Positions 47,931 to 58,161 of a stretch of DNA of 64,000 bases are shown piece after piece. Source of the stretch: Candidatus Melainabacteria bacterium 17Bon1m (GTDB lineage Bacteria; Cyanobacteriota; Vampirovibrionia; Obscuribacterales; Obscuribacteraceae); assembly GCA_032128875.1 (NCBI GenBank), contig JAVLKG010000003.1:856974-920973 (forward strand), written 5' to 3'. Made by a program: the position numbers and the translations under genes. Position 1 is the stretch's first letter. Each line of letters begins with the position of its first letter. The notes below the pieces were generated by a model. That model saw only the letters and a list, made by a program, of their open reading frames with translations. It was not told where the DNA came from and made no database searches.

Positions 47931-49319
47931 TTACTTGCCCTTGGAGGTAACCGGAGTCTTGGCGTCCGCTTTGTCAGCCGAAGCCTTGTCTTCTTTGCGT
48001 TTGTCTATCACGCGAACAGCTTTGCCTTCGCTGCGCGGCACAGCCTTTGGCTTCATCAACAGAACGTCGGCTGTGATGCCGAGATTGTCTTTGAGAAGCA
48101 ATTGAATATGTTCGGAAAGATTCGACAACTCGACTCGGTCATTGTCAAAATGTCCCCAACGTTTGATCAATTCTTCCGTGACTTCAACTTGCACTTCCAG
48201 CGTGTCGAGCGCTTTCTTTCGATCGATAACGAGCTGGTAGTGGGGCGAAAGTTCGTCAAGAGCAAGTAGAACCTTTTCGATTTCGGAAGGATAAACATTC
48301 ACTCCACGAATGATCAGCATGTCATCCAGACGAGCTCTTACACGCTGCATTCTTGCCATGGTGCGCCCGCAAACGCAGGGCTCCATGGACAATCTGGAGA
48401 TGTCACCGGTGCGATAACGAAGAACAGGAATTGCTTCCTTCGTGAGGGTAGTGAAAACGAGTTCGCCCTCTTCACCGTAAGGAAGTACTTCGCCGGTTTT
48501 CGGATCGATGATCTCGGGCAGGAAGTGATCTTCCCAGATGTGCAGTCCACTGCGTCCCTGTGCGCATTCCATAGAAACGCCAGGTCCGACTATTTCACTC
48601 AATCCGTAAATATCGAGCGCTTGAATTTGAAGTCTTTCTTCAATCTGACCTCTCAATTCTTCAGTCCACGGTTCTGCACCGAAGATGCCGAGTTCTAACT
48701 TGATAGTGTCGCGCTTGATTCCAAGCTCTTCCATCGTGTACGAAATGTTCAGCGCATAAGAAGGCGTTGAGCACAAAATGCGTGATCCGAAATCTTGCAG
48801 AAGCAAAATCTGCTGTTGAGTTCTGCCACCAGATGCGGGGACAACAGTGGCACCGAATTTTTCTGCGCCATAGTGCATGCCCAAGCCACCGGTGAAAAGT
48901 CCGTAGCCGTAGCTGTTGTGGAGAATATCGCCGGGACGCGCGCCGGCTGTGGCTAGCGAGCGAGAGCAAACTTCCGACCACATGTCGATATCGTTTTTCG
49001 TGTAACCGACAACTGTCGGTTTTCCTTTTGTGCCGGAGGAAGCATGAAGGCGGGTCACGTTCGACAGAGGCTCAGAGAACAAACCAAATGGATAGTTCTC
49101 TCTCAAATCGGTTTTCTTCGTGAAGGGGAAATTCTTCAGGTCCGCAAGCGTATTCAAAGACTTAGCGCTGATGCCACGCTCGTCCATGAGTTGCTTGTAA
49201 AACGGCACTTTGTCATAAAGCCGCTGAATCAGAGTCTTAAGCCGACCGAGTTGCAAACTCTCCAGCTCACCGCGCGAAATTCTTTCGCACTTTTCATTCC
49301 AGATGAACGTATTCGACAC
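47931..49319 (-). CDS. paaK: Phenylacetate-CoA ligase
   Basis: 'RLHASSGTKGKPTVVGYT', 'YGYGLFTGGLG.HYG', 'GAEPW', 'DIYGLSEI.GPGV', 'RYRTGD', 'DDMLIIRGVNVYP'; GTG start at 49319 has a GGAG RBS (track start 49400). Confidence 0.95.
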   Translation of the reverse strand: MSNTFIWNEKCERISRGELESLQLGRLKTLIQRLYDKVPFYKQLMDERGISAKSLNTLADLKNFPFTKKTDLRENYPFGLFSEPLSNVTRLHASSGTKGKPTVVGYTKNDIDMWSEVCSRSLATAGARPGDILHNSYGYGLFTGGLGMHYGAEKFGATVVPASGGRTQQQILLLQDFGSRILCSTPSYALNISYTMEELGIKRDTIKLELGIFGAEPWTEELRGQIEERLQIQALDIYGLSEIVGPGVSMECAQGRSGLHIWEDHFLPEIIDPKTGEVLPYGEEGELVFTTLTKEAIPVLRYRTGDISRLSMEPCVCGRTMARMQRVRARLDDMLIIRGVNVYPSEIEKVLLALDELSPHYQLVIDRKKALDTLEVQVEVTEELIKRWGHFDNDRVELSNLSEHIQLLLKDNLGITADVLLMKPKAVPRSEGKAVRVIDKRKEDKASADKADAKTPVTSKGK

Positions 49320-49592
49320 GCAAACGCTCCAGTCCGCCTGGACCCGCGCCACGTAAGGACGCCCGAGCCGGCGAGGCAACTTAGCACGAAGGCAGATCAT
49401 AACCCCTTAGAAAGAGAAATCACGCGGATTTTAGGCTGTCTTCCACTTTGAGCAACCTTGAAAGCCCGGTGTCAATTTTCTCTGTGTTTGACAACAACTC
49501 TGGGAACAATCCGGTAGTCTCCCCTTGTCGAGTACTTACAATGTTAGAAGCAAGTTTCCGAATCATTCGTATTACTGACTAACGGCAGCCCC

Positions 49593-52500
49593 ATGGCACA
49601 ATTCGTCTCCGCTGACCCAAATAGGCTGGAGGCCCACCAAAAGTCCCCTTATCGCCACCTCTGGTGGCTGGTACTGTTTGGCATCATCGGCTGTGTCATT
49701 TATTTCGCGAAAAATGACGAGGTCTTCGCCGCCGCGTCGCTCAACCTGTCCATGCCAAAGGACGAGATTATTCAAAAGGCCACAGAGTGGGCTGTCAAGC
49801 TGGGGTATGACCCCGAGCCTCATGAAGCGACTGCTGAAGAGCGTGTTGAATCCGGCGAGAAACAGTCTCAGGCTGGAGAGAAACTCAATCAGGTTGATTC
49901 AGTCGGGTCGAAACCTGAAGACCAAAGCTCAACACCATCCAATCCTCCAGTTGTAAAACCTTCGCCAAATCAGCCTGAAGGCTCACGGACTTTACTGCCA
50001 CTTGGCTCACTTTCCACTGCGAACTCGAGAAGTCCCAGCCGTTTTGAGCCAAAATCTCCAGACCCTTCTAATCAGCGCGCCTTGAAATCCATCACCTTCT
50101 CGTACGACGATGATGCCAAGAGTTTTCTCGAGTACGAATTGGGAATTGCCAAAGCCAACGAGCTCATGGTCAAAGAGATTCCTGTTTGGTATTGGCGCGT
50201 TCGTATGGTCCGAGAACTCCAACAGGAAGAATTGCGCATCTGGATAAATCCGGAAGGCAAACTTGCCGGAGTCGATCACGACTTTGAAAACGACAAAGCC
50301 TTGCCTACTCTTTCGCACAAAGATGCGGAGAAATTCGCGCGGGAGTTTGTCGAGAAAGAGACGGGCAATTCGCTCGCAGGTTATGACCTGATTAAGGACG
50401 AGGAAAGCCAGAAGCCGAAGCGCAAAGATCACTCCTTTACTTTCGAAGATTCGAAGAATGACTATAAAGGCGCCAAAATGCGCGTCTATGTCGGAGTTGC
50501 CGGCAACAAAATTGAGTCATACAACCGCTATTTGCATGTGCCCGAAGCATTTGAAAGAAAGTTTGCCGACATTCGTTCTTACAATCGAATGCTTGCGCAG
50601 ATAGCTGGAATCTTCATGACTTTGCTCATGATAGTCAGCGTTTTTGCTTTTGGCTGGGCGGTCATGACCAGCAATATACGCTGGTTTCCTGTGATTGTAA
50701 TTTCGCTGATTTTTTCCTTCGTTCCATTTCTTGACGGTATCAATAACTACAACGAACTTCTTGACGGATACGACACCAGCATCACGTATGGGTCTTACAT
50801 AACCACTGAATTGATCAAAATGCTGATCACGCTTGTTCCCAGTACCTTCGGTGCAGTCGTTATGTTTGGCGCTGCCGAAGCGCTTTATCGAAAAGCTTTT
50901 CCGGATCACATTGCCATTGAAAAGGTTTTTACCAAAGAAGGTCTCAAATCAAAGGCAGTGGCACTCGGGCTTTTCGTTGGGCATATGCTGTTGCTCATCG
51001 ATCTGGGATGGGTAGTCTCCTATTATTTGATGGGACAGAAAATCGGCTTCTGGTGCCCGCTCGGCGTTGAGAATTACCAGATTCTGAGCAGTTATGTCCC
51101 GGCGCTTTCCGCGATGAGAGTCGGCGTCAGTGCGTCTTTCATGGAAGAAGCTCTGTACCGCGTCGTCGGCATGAGCTTGATGATGAAGATTTCCGGCAAC
51201 TTTTGGGTAGCAAACCTCTTTCAAGCGGCTGCCTGGGGATTTGCACACAGTACCTATCCGCAACAACCGTTTTATGCCAGAGGGGTAGAACTCACACTGG
51301 GTGGGCTTCTCGATGGATGGATCTTAAGGCGCTACGGAATTATTGCTTGCATAGCATCCCACTACATCTTCGATACTTTCCTCGGTGTAAAGCCTCTATT
51401 TACCTCCGGAGACCCGCTTCTCAAGGCACAAGCATTTCTCTCGGTAATTCCATTCGTCGCAATATTTGCGTACAGTTATTTTCGCTCTAAAGGAGCTGAC
51501 GATGCCGAGGCAGAGCAGAAGCTTCTCAATCGCACCGTCAATGAAGGCATCCACATAAAGGAAGAGGAAGAAGCAGAGCCCGAAGAAAAGTCGATAAGCT
51601 ATGTGCCGATTGTCCCTCAAAAACGCCTTTTCCTTTTTGTCATTACCGTCTTGCTTGGCTTTGCTTGCTTTGCTGTCAGAGAGCCGATTTTGAATATGGA
51701 CAGCAAGGTTCGTATTGACAGAGCGCAAGCTGAAGTTCGCGCTGCTGAAGTTTTGACGCGTCACGGTATTCAAGCTCCGAATTACACCGTTGTTTCCTGG
51801 CTTTCTGAGCAAGGCGCCGGTCCGGCAGAACAATATATGTTCGAGAAGTCCGGATTCTACAAAACAAGCGACGTAGTCGAGAAGTCTCACTCCGGGGGCT
51901 TCTGCTGGCGTATTCGTTTTTTCAAGCCGAAGGTCCCGGAAGAATATGAAGTCCAGTTGGATGGAGACGGGCGCGAGATTGGCACCGATATTCGCTTGGC
52001 GGAAGACACTAAAGGCGCGTATCTCACAAAAGATGCAGCGTTGGCTAAAGCCATTCATGAAATCGACGTCACTTATCCATATTTGAAACCATACGAGCTT
52101 GAAACTGCCTCAGAGCAGAAGAGGCCAGGGCGCACGGACTGGGCGTTCACTTTTCGCTCGAAGCAATTTGATGTGTCAGAGGCACGTTTCAAAATCAACG
52201 TGAGTGTTTTCGGTGATCTGGTATCCGGTGCCAATTGGAGCTGGGAGGTCCCTGACAAATGGACATTCGACCGCAGCAAGCGAAGTTTTCGCGAGGACAT
52301 GGCTAGTCATATAAATAGGGCCGGCTCACTTTTGTTTTTCATCCTTGGAGGAATTTGGGCAATTGGTGTGCTCAAGGCTCGTGCCATACGTGTGCGCGCA
52401 GCGCTCTTCATTGGCGCCGCCTATGTACTTACGCTGATTCCCACGCAGCTGAATTCTTTGCCACTATTTTTCTATGATTACCCGACCACGACACCACTCA

Positions 52501-53363
52501 ATAATTTCTTGACTGATCAATTGTCGGCATATGCAGGGCAATACATCCGTTCGTTCTTTATGGCATCAATTGTTGCCGCCTTTGCGATTGGTTCGATGCG
52601 AATTCTGTTTCCCAAAATCAGACTTTCGAATTATTTCATTGCCGTAACAAGACCGCACAATCGTGAGAATCAGAGTGTTCAGCGCACGATGTGGGTTGAT
52701 GGTGCCTTAGCAGGCTATGCATATGTAGCAGTGCTCGAAGTTATTTCCCTGGTCGCCAGTGTGGCGCGCACGCGCTATTCGCCAGACCTTCAGCAGGCGT
52801 CGTTGAGCACAATCTCGTCCTTGATGAATCTGCAATTCCCTCCCTTTGACGCCGTGATCTCGGCGCCCGTCCAAGGCGCTCAACTGCTGCTCACAACGGC
52901 GATTTCGGTGGGAATATATGCGCGATATTGTCGCAATCCGAGGGTTTACTTTATCTTCGTTACTTTGGTTTCGATCGGCACATGGTGTGGTCAAAAACAC
53001 ATCGAGGATGCGGTAATCGGTGCGGTTTCCTCATTAGCTGTCTACGCTTGGAACTTTCTTTTCATTGCTCGAGTGGCAAGAATGAATCCGATTGCATATT
53101 TCACAGCAGGTCTTTCCTCTGTTTTGTTTGTACGCATGATTTCTGTCGTTTCGCATGCGTTGCCGGTAATGCTTCCGACTCTGGCTGTCAGCGCATTGGT
53201 TATGGCGGCTCCGGCGATTATCGCTGCAATTCTTTCCATGCGCTCGGAGATGCCGCCGGCAGAAAATGAAGTGGCGCCCATCGGTCCGGATGCGCCCCCG
53301 GAAATTGCCTCACTGGCGCCGGAAACTGCCGAGATTGCAGCCGAAGAGCGTGAAGAAAGTTAG
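49593..53363 (+). CDS. Large CPBP (Abi/CAAX type II) intramembrane protease with internally duplicated periplasmic and membrane modules
   Basis: 'EEALYR', 'WGFAH', 'ASHY' CPBP motifs in the first half; a second half repeats the soluble module. Confidence 0.8.
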   Translation: MAQFVSADPNRLEAHQKSPYRHLWWLVLFGIIGCVIYFAKNDEVFAAASLNLSMPKDEIIQKATEWAVKLGYDPEPHEATAEERVESGEKQSQAGEKLNQVDSVGSKPEDQSSTPSNPPVVKPSPNQPEGSRTLLPLGSLSTANSRSPSRFEPKSPDPSNQRALKSITFSYDDDAKSFLEYELGIAKANELMVKEIPVWYWRVRMVRELQQEELRIWINPEGKLAGVDHDFENDKALPTLSHKDAEKFAREFVEKETGNSLAGYDLIKDEESQKPKRKDHSFTFEDSKNDYKGAKMRVYVGVAGNKIESYNRYLHVPEAFERKFADIRSYNRMLAQIAGIFMTLLMIVSVFAFGWAVMTSNIRWFPVIVISLIFSFVPFLDGINNYNELLDGYDTSITYGSYITTELIKMLITLVPSTFGAVVMFGAAEALYRKAFPDHIAIEKVFTKEGLKSKAVALGLFVGHMLLLIDLGWVVSYYLMGQKIGFWCPLGVENYQILSSYVPALSAMRVGVSASFMEEALYRVVGMSLMMKISGNFWVANLFQAAAWGFAHSTYPQQPFYARGVELTLGGLLDGWILRRYGIIACIASHYIFDTFLGVKPLFTSGDPLLKAQAFLSVIPFVAIFAYSYFRSKGADDAEAEQKLLNRTVNEGIHIKEEEEAEPEEKSISYVPIVPQKRLFLFVITVLLGFACFAVREPILNMDSKVRIDRAQAEVRAAEVLTRHGIQAPNYTVVSWLSEQGAGPAEQYMFEKSGFYKTSDVVEKSHSGGFCWRIRFFKPKVPEEYEVQLDGDGREIGTDIRLAEDTKGAYLTKDAALAKAIHEIDVTYPYLKPYELETASEQKRPGRTDWAFTFRSKQFDVSEARFKINVSVFGDLVSGANWSWEVPDKWTFDRSKRSFREDMASHINRAGSLLFFILGGIWAIGVLKARAIRVRAALFIGAAYVLTLIPTQLNSLPLFFYDYPTTTPLNNFLTDQLSAYAGQYIRSFFMASIVAAFAIGSMRILFPKIRLSNYFIAVTRPHNRENQSVQRTMWVDGALAGYAYVAVLEVISLVASVARTRYSPDLQQASLSTISSLMNLQFPPFDAVISAPVQGAQLLLTTAISVGIYARYCRNPRVYFIFVTLVSIGTWCGQKHIEDAVIGAVSSLAVYAWNFLFIARVARMNPIAYFTAGLSSVLFVRMISVVSHALPVMLPTLAVSALVMAAPAIIAAILSMRSEMPPAENEVAPIGPDAPPEIASLAPETAEIAAEEREES

Positions 53364-53535
53364 CGGATTATCGGACCGAAACCCGCCAGCCAAGGCTTCC
53401 AAGGTTTGTCAGATCTAAATAAGTGGTAGGCATCTAGTAATAGAGTTCTTAGGCCTGTGGAGAACTGTTTTTCCTGAGGTCTGATAACGCCGATTTACCA
53501 GAAGACCAACTTAGAAGCCCAGAATTTAAACTCCG

Positions 53536-55179
53536 ATGTTCCGACCGCAAAAATCCCCTCCTCCTATTCGGCTGCCGCGTATTGCGCAATTGCCGACCTA
53601 TGAGATGCTCATAAAGATCACGGAGCAGGCGCATGAGTCGCGCGGTCGAACTGTCGAGCTGCCGTTCAACCCTGAGCGCCAGCAATTCGGATATATCATC
53701 GCGGTTTGCTTCGAGCCTGAGTATTCAGAGCCGACCTGGAGCCTGACGACCGGTGACGGCAATCGCGTCACAACGATTTTTCGGATGCAGCAGTCCGACG
53801 TCACTCTGATTCAAACGGTCATTGAAAGCCAATGTCTGGGGACCGACGTTGGTGAAGCGATTAGCAATAGGGCAAAGATTACCGGCACGGAATTGAATCT
53901 GAAAAGCGGAATTCCAAGCCCTAATGACACCGGTACTATGGCGTTTCCGTACATGATGGGTACTCTGCACGGCATGCCGCCTTCATCGCAAGTTGCCGCC
54001 GCTGCAGCGGCTGCCGAAGTACAGGAGACCGGTCCTGCAGCTCTTGAAGGCGATTTGCAAACAGTTCCTTATCCCAACCTTCTTCAGTCTATTTCGATGT
54101 CCAAGATGACAGGGCGTCTGGCTGTGAAGTCATCGAAGGGTGGAGGAGAGTTTTACTTTGAAGACGGGGCGCCTGTCTATGCAGTTGCTGCCGACGCTCA
54201 AGGCGACCTGGCGCTGCTCGAATCGCTGACCTGGGAAGACGGTAAGTTCAAATTCTTCGAGCGCGAGCGCACCGTCGAGCGCAATGTCAAAAAGAATCTC
54301 AATTCCTTGTTGATGGAAGGGATTGGTTTGCTCGACCAACTCAAATATCTGCAAAACACAGGCGTGAAGATGGAGACATATCTCTTCCGCAAAGTGCCGA
54401 ATTTGACTGAGAAAGACTTTGAGCAGAGAGTCTCTCAGTTCGTTCCGATTGATATGAATTTGCAAAAGCAGTTTTATCAAAGTGTCGATAACATGAGCAC
54501 TTTGTTTGAGCTCCTGCGCCGTCGCCCCCTCACGAAAACTGAGTGGGTGCCGATTCTCTTCAATCTTCTGCATGCAGAATTGCTGGCGTTTTCTGATAAA
54601 CCACCAGCAGGCGTTCGCATGGGGCTCATGGAAGTTCAGAGTTTGGATCGCACTCAGATTCAGGGTGTGATGAGCAAGCTGGTCAGACCGGAGACAGGTT
54701 TGTACACGTATCCGATGTTCCTCTTTTTCTTGGAGCAAGAGTTTCATCGATACGAACGCTTGAATGTTCCTTTCAGTGTTGTGCTTTTCGATATGCGCTT
54801 GCGTGATGCAATGGGACTGCAACCGTTGGCTGGCCCTATTCTCAATGAAGCCGTGCGACGTTTGATCACGGTGAGGAGAAACTTGGATATCATTGCGCAC
54901 TTCGAGACTTTTGACTTTGCTGCGATTCTTCCTCATACCACCACAGACAGTGCCGCGTTTTTTGCTCAACGCGTAAGCGAATTGATTATGCAAACGCCAC
55001 TTGCACCACATATCCATCCAACGCACATTCACTTGAGCTTTGGTGTCGCCGGGGTGCCCGAAGATTGCGACGACCCTGCCTTCCTCATTGCTGCAGCCAA
55101 GGAAGCAAGAACCAGAGCGGCGAGCAGCACCATCCCTATATGCTTGTTCAAAAACATTCAGTCGGCTCAATCGTCCTGA
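53536..55179 (+). CDS. DUF4388 (PatA-N-like) plus degenerate GGDEF-domain protein
   Basis: 'LEGDL...PNLLQSISMSKMTGRL....G.FYFEDG..V.A....G..A....LTW.DG.F.F'; GGDEF-fold tail with 'AHFETFDFAAILPHT'. Confidence 0.85.
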   Translation: MFRPQKSPPPIRLPRIAQLPTYEMLIKITEQAHESRGRTVELPFNPERQQFGYIIAVCFEPEYSEPTWSLTTGDGNRVTTIFRMQQSDVTLIQTVIESQCLGTDVGEAISNRAKITGTELNLKSGIPSPNDTGTMAFPYMMGTLHGMPPSSQVAAAAAAAEVQETGPAALEGDLQTVPYPNLLQSISMSKMTGRLAVKSSKGGGEFYFEDGAPVYAVAADAQGDLALLESLTWEDGKFKFFERERTVERNVKKNLNSLLMEGIGLLDQLKYLQNTGVKMETYLFRKVPNLTEKDFEQRVSQFVPIDMNLQKQFYQSVDNMSTLFELLRRRPLTKTEWVPILFNLLHAELLAFSDKPPAGVRMGLMEVQSLDRTQIQGVMSKLVRPETGLYTYPMFLFFLEQEFHRYERLNVPFSVVLFDMRLRDAMGLQPLAGPILNEAVRRLITVRRNLDIIAHFETFDFAAILPHTTTDSAAFFAQRVSELIMQTPLAPHIHPTHIHLSFGVAGVPEDCDDPAFLIAAAKEARTRAASSTIPICLFKNIQSAQSS

Positions 55180-55219
55180 GTATTAAGACAGCGAAACTAA
55201 ATCAAGAAAACCAAAGCTC

Positions 55220-56818
55220 ATGTATCGACCACCAAAGCCACAGCCACCACCACCGCCAATTCGGATGCCTGCACTGGGCACGATTCCGTCCTACGAGCAT
55301 GTGGCGCAGATGCTGGCTCAAGCGCAACAGGCGCGTGGACGAATTGTAGAACTTGTTTTTATAAATCCAAATCAGCATCACGAAAAGATGTTATCAGTGC
55401 GCTGTCCCGCGGACGATTCGGATCCTGTATGGTTTTTCTATTCGCAGTTTAGGGACGACCCCAATGCGGCAAGCAGCCCAGATCAAAACCCTCCGGCATG
55501 GAGCTACCAGAGTCCGGACGTGGCATTGATCCACAATATCGTCACCCGCGAATGCATGGGCGGTCCTGTGGAAGAATCTGCTCAGCAGATAACGACATTG
55601 TCAGGTTTTAGAAGTAACAATTCTGGCGCAGACAGTCTTGCACAAGCGTTCAGAAATGCAGGAGCCGGTCTTCAAGCGGCTCAGGCTCAAGCGTCGATGC
55701 AAGGTGATTTGAAAAACATTCAAGTTCCCAAATTGCTATTGTCTGTTGCTATGCATGAGCTAACCGGCAGACTCTACATTGAAAGTCCGCAGGGTGGCGC
55801 TGAGATTTTCTTCGAGGCTGGAAAGCCACTCCATGCCAATGCGCTGGATTCGCAGGGTGACATGGCTATCATCGAGATGATCACCTGGCAGGATGGTCGA
55901 TTCGAGTTTCACGACAACGAGCGAACAACTGCGCGCACGGTTAGCCAGAGCCTGGATGTTTTAGTCCAGCAAGGCACGCCGTTGCGAGAGTATGTGCGTG
56001 AATTGAATACGCATGGACTAACCATGGAGTCTTTCTTAGTCAGGCGATTGCCGAATTTGACAGAGGTTGATTTCGAGCGCGCCATTTATGGTGGCATCCC
56101 GCTCGATTTGAACATGCAAAAGCTTTTGTATCAATGCATCGATAACCAAAGCACCGTATTTGATGTCTTGCGTCGTCGCCCGATGGCGAAGACAGAGTGG
56201 CTTCCGATTATCTACAACCTTGTGAAATGCGACTTGATCGTGATTTCCAACAAGGCCGCGCAGGTTCAGCAACAATTGCCACTTGAAGCGATGGGAATCG
56301 ATCGCGCCACTATTCAAGCCGGAATGCGCAGTTTGCATCGTCCGGAAACTGACCTGATCAATTATCCATTGATTCTCCATTTCGTCGAACAGGAATTTTT
56401 CCGATTCGAGTCGAGCGGTCTGCCATTTTCTCTCATTGTTTTTGAGTTGGCGATGCGAACCCCTGACGGACCGCAGCCTCTGCCAATACCACACATTCGC
56501 GAGATTGCAAAACGGATCAATTTGATCACTAGAAAAATCGATCTGCTTGCACACTTCGAAACGTTTTCTTTTATGATTCTTCTTCCCTACACCAACGTCA
56601 ACGCAGCTTCGGTGGTGGCAAATCGCATCACACAGGCAATATTGTCTTCTCCCGTGTGCGACTTGGATTCCCGATACATCGCTGTGGCTATGGGCATTGC
56701 CGGACTTCCCGAGGATTGCAACGATATCGGCATGCTTCTTGCCGGTGCCAAGGAAGCAAAAAAACGCGCTCAACAAGGCTCGTCACCGATCGTGCTGCTC
56801 AAGGATATCCAATCCTAG
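55220..56818 (+). CDS. DUF4388 plus degenerate GGDEF-domain protein (tandem paralog)
   Basis: Same architecture as the previous gene; 'AHFETFSFMILLPYT', 'GLPEDC'. Confidence 0.85.
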   Translation: MYRPPKPQPPPPPIRMPALGTIPSYEHVAQMLAQAQQARGRIVELVFINPNQHHEKMLSVRCPADDSDPVWFFYSQFRDDPNAASSPDQNPPAWSYQSPDVALIHNIVTRECMGGPVEESAQQITTLSGFRSNNSGADSLAQAFRNAGAGLQAAQAQASMQGDLKNIQVPKLLLSVAMHELTGRLYIESPQGGAEIFFEAGKPLHANALDSQGDMAIIEMITWQDGRFEFHDNERTTARTVSQSLDVLVQQGTPLREYVRELNTHGLTMESFLVRRLPNLTEVDFERAIYGGIPLDLNMQKLLYQCIDNQSTVFDVLRRRPMAKTEWLPIIYNLVKCDLIVISNKAAQVQQQLPLEAMGIDRATIQAGMRSLHRPETDLINYPLILHFVEQEFFRFESSGLPFSLIVFELAMRTPDGPQPLPIPHIREIAKRINLITRKIDLLAHFETFSFMILLPYTNVNAASVVANRITQAILSSPVCDLDSRYIAVAMGIAGLPEDCNDIGMLLAGAKEAKKRAQQGSSPIVLLKDIQS

Positions 56819-56912
56819 AAAGATAAATTTGTAGGCGCGATCCCATGCATCGCCCGCTTTGAAGCCTTGTCGGTTCGATCCGGTTCCAGAACCTATGGTC
56901 CGGTTTTAGAAC

Positions 56913-57890
56913 TTATTCAGCTTGCTCTTCTTTGAGCTGCGGACGCACTTCGTCCATCGTGTAGCCAGGCGGCTGCGAATGCTTCAATTTCAACTGCGTG
57001 CCGTCTGCCAGGTCCATCACGTTGGCTATGACCGCGAAGTGGAAAATCGTCCAGTCTCTTAGTTGACCTTTGCGCACAACATGCAATCGCACCAGGCAGT
57101 TTTGGAGACGAGGCAAAAGCTTTTCGATTTCCTCTTTGGACATCTCTGTTCCGTCTGCCTTCACGACCGGACCAGCGTCTTTCGGTTGGACGTAATCCGC
57201 CGCTTCGTCGCCGAACATGTCTCTCAGTTCTTGTGCCGCTCGTTCGTTTTGTCGACGCTCCAACTCCAGAGCGTCCTTATCCTTTTTGAGCATTCTGCTT
57301 TTGTCTTTTAGAATCGCTTGAAACTCTAATTCAGCTTCCTCAGAAATTGCACCTTTAGGCGGCAGAATGGCGTCCTTCTCAATCGACGGTCTGAGGCGCA
57401 AGTAAAAGCCTTTGTATGCTTCGTGGTCGGGATCCTTTGAAAAGGCGTTCAGCTCTTCTTCCGTCATTTTGTAGCCATAGGCCATCTTGAGCGGCAAGAA
57501 GTAGGGACGATCGTTCTTTTCGAATTTGATCGGTACATCCACGACGGTGTCTTCTGGAGTTTCCCAGAATACTGTCACCGCCTTCTTCTTCGGATGGTTC
57601 ACGTTGTGAATTTTGGGTTCGCCCACAGAGAAATTCTTGCCTACTGTAAAGGCAAGGTTAGGCTCCTGCGCCGATACATATATTAGGTACGAACCCCACC
57701 CACCTTTGGCCGGGCAACGGCAGACATTGCCGCCAAATCGCTTCACAGCGCGGCTCAGTTCGCTGTGCTTCAGATTCTCCAGAAAGGCAAATGCTTCTTC
57801 TTTTGGGCTGACAAAAACTGTGTTCATCACCAAAAGGCACATGGAAAGGGCGAAGACAGAAAGTACAATCGCTGGATAAACAAAACGCAT
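56913..57890 (-). CDS. Hypothetical protein with an N-terminal membrane anchor
   Basis: AAGGAA upstream; hydrophobic N-terminus; 325-aa ORF with a 'CRCP' motif. Confidence 0.75.
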   Translation of the reverse strand: MRFVYPAIVLSVFALSMCLLVMNTVFVSPKEEAFAFLENLKHSELSRAVKRFGGNVCRCPAKGGWGSYLIYVSAQEPNLAFTVGKNFSVGEPKIHNVNHPKKKAVTVFWETPEDTVVDVPIKFEKNDRPYFLPLKMAYGYKMTEEELNAFSKDPDHEAYKGFYLRLRPSIEKDAILPPKGAISEEAELEFQAILKDKSRMLKKDKDALELERRQNERAAQELRDMFGDEAADYVQPKDAGPVVKADGTEMSKEEIEKLLPRLQNCLVRLHVVRKGQLRDWTIFHFAVIANVMDLADGTQLKLKHSQPPGYTMDEVRPQLKEEQAE

Positions 57891-58161
57891 GTGCCGTAAT
57901 TTTCCTTCTCAGCCCTTGCTCAAATCTCGCGTATTCTTAGCCCAGTTCTAACAGGTTGAAAACAGGTTTCGTGTTACATTCATAGTGGTCGGCTAGAAGT
58001 TTATAAGCGTCCGGCTCAAACCTGAAATCAGTCCCAAAACATTGTATTGTAGGGCTTTTCAGGTGGGGTTCTTTGTGTCTTGTTCAATCACGAATTAGAC
58101 AATATGAGTGGAACCACCGATTTAGTCTAACACGCGTCTCCCGGGAGGGTTGGTAACTGCG

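Noticed and set aside
54130-55170. Long antisense/alternate-frame ORFs (e.g. 346 aa here, 36856-37704, 23169-24002, 35171-35941)
   Set aside because: They shadow well-supported genes on the other strand and carry no motifs; expected from codon bias.
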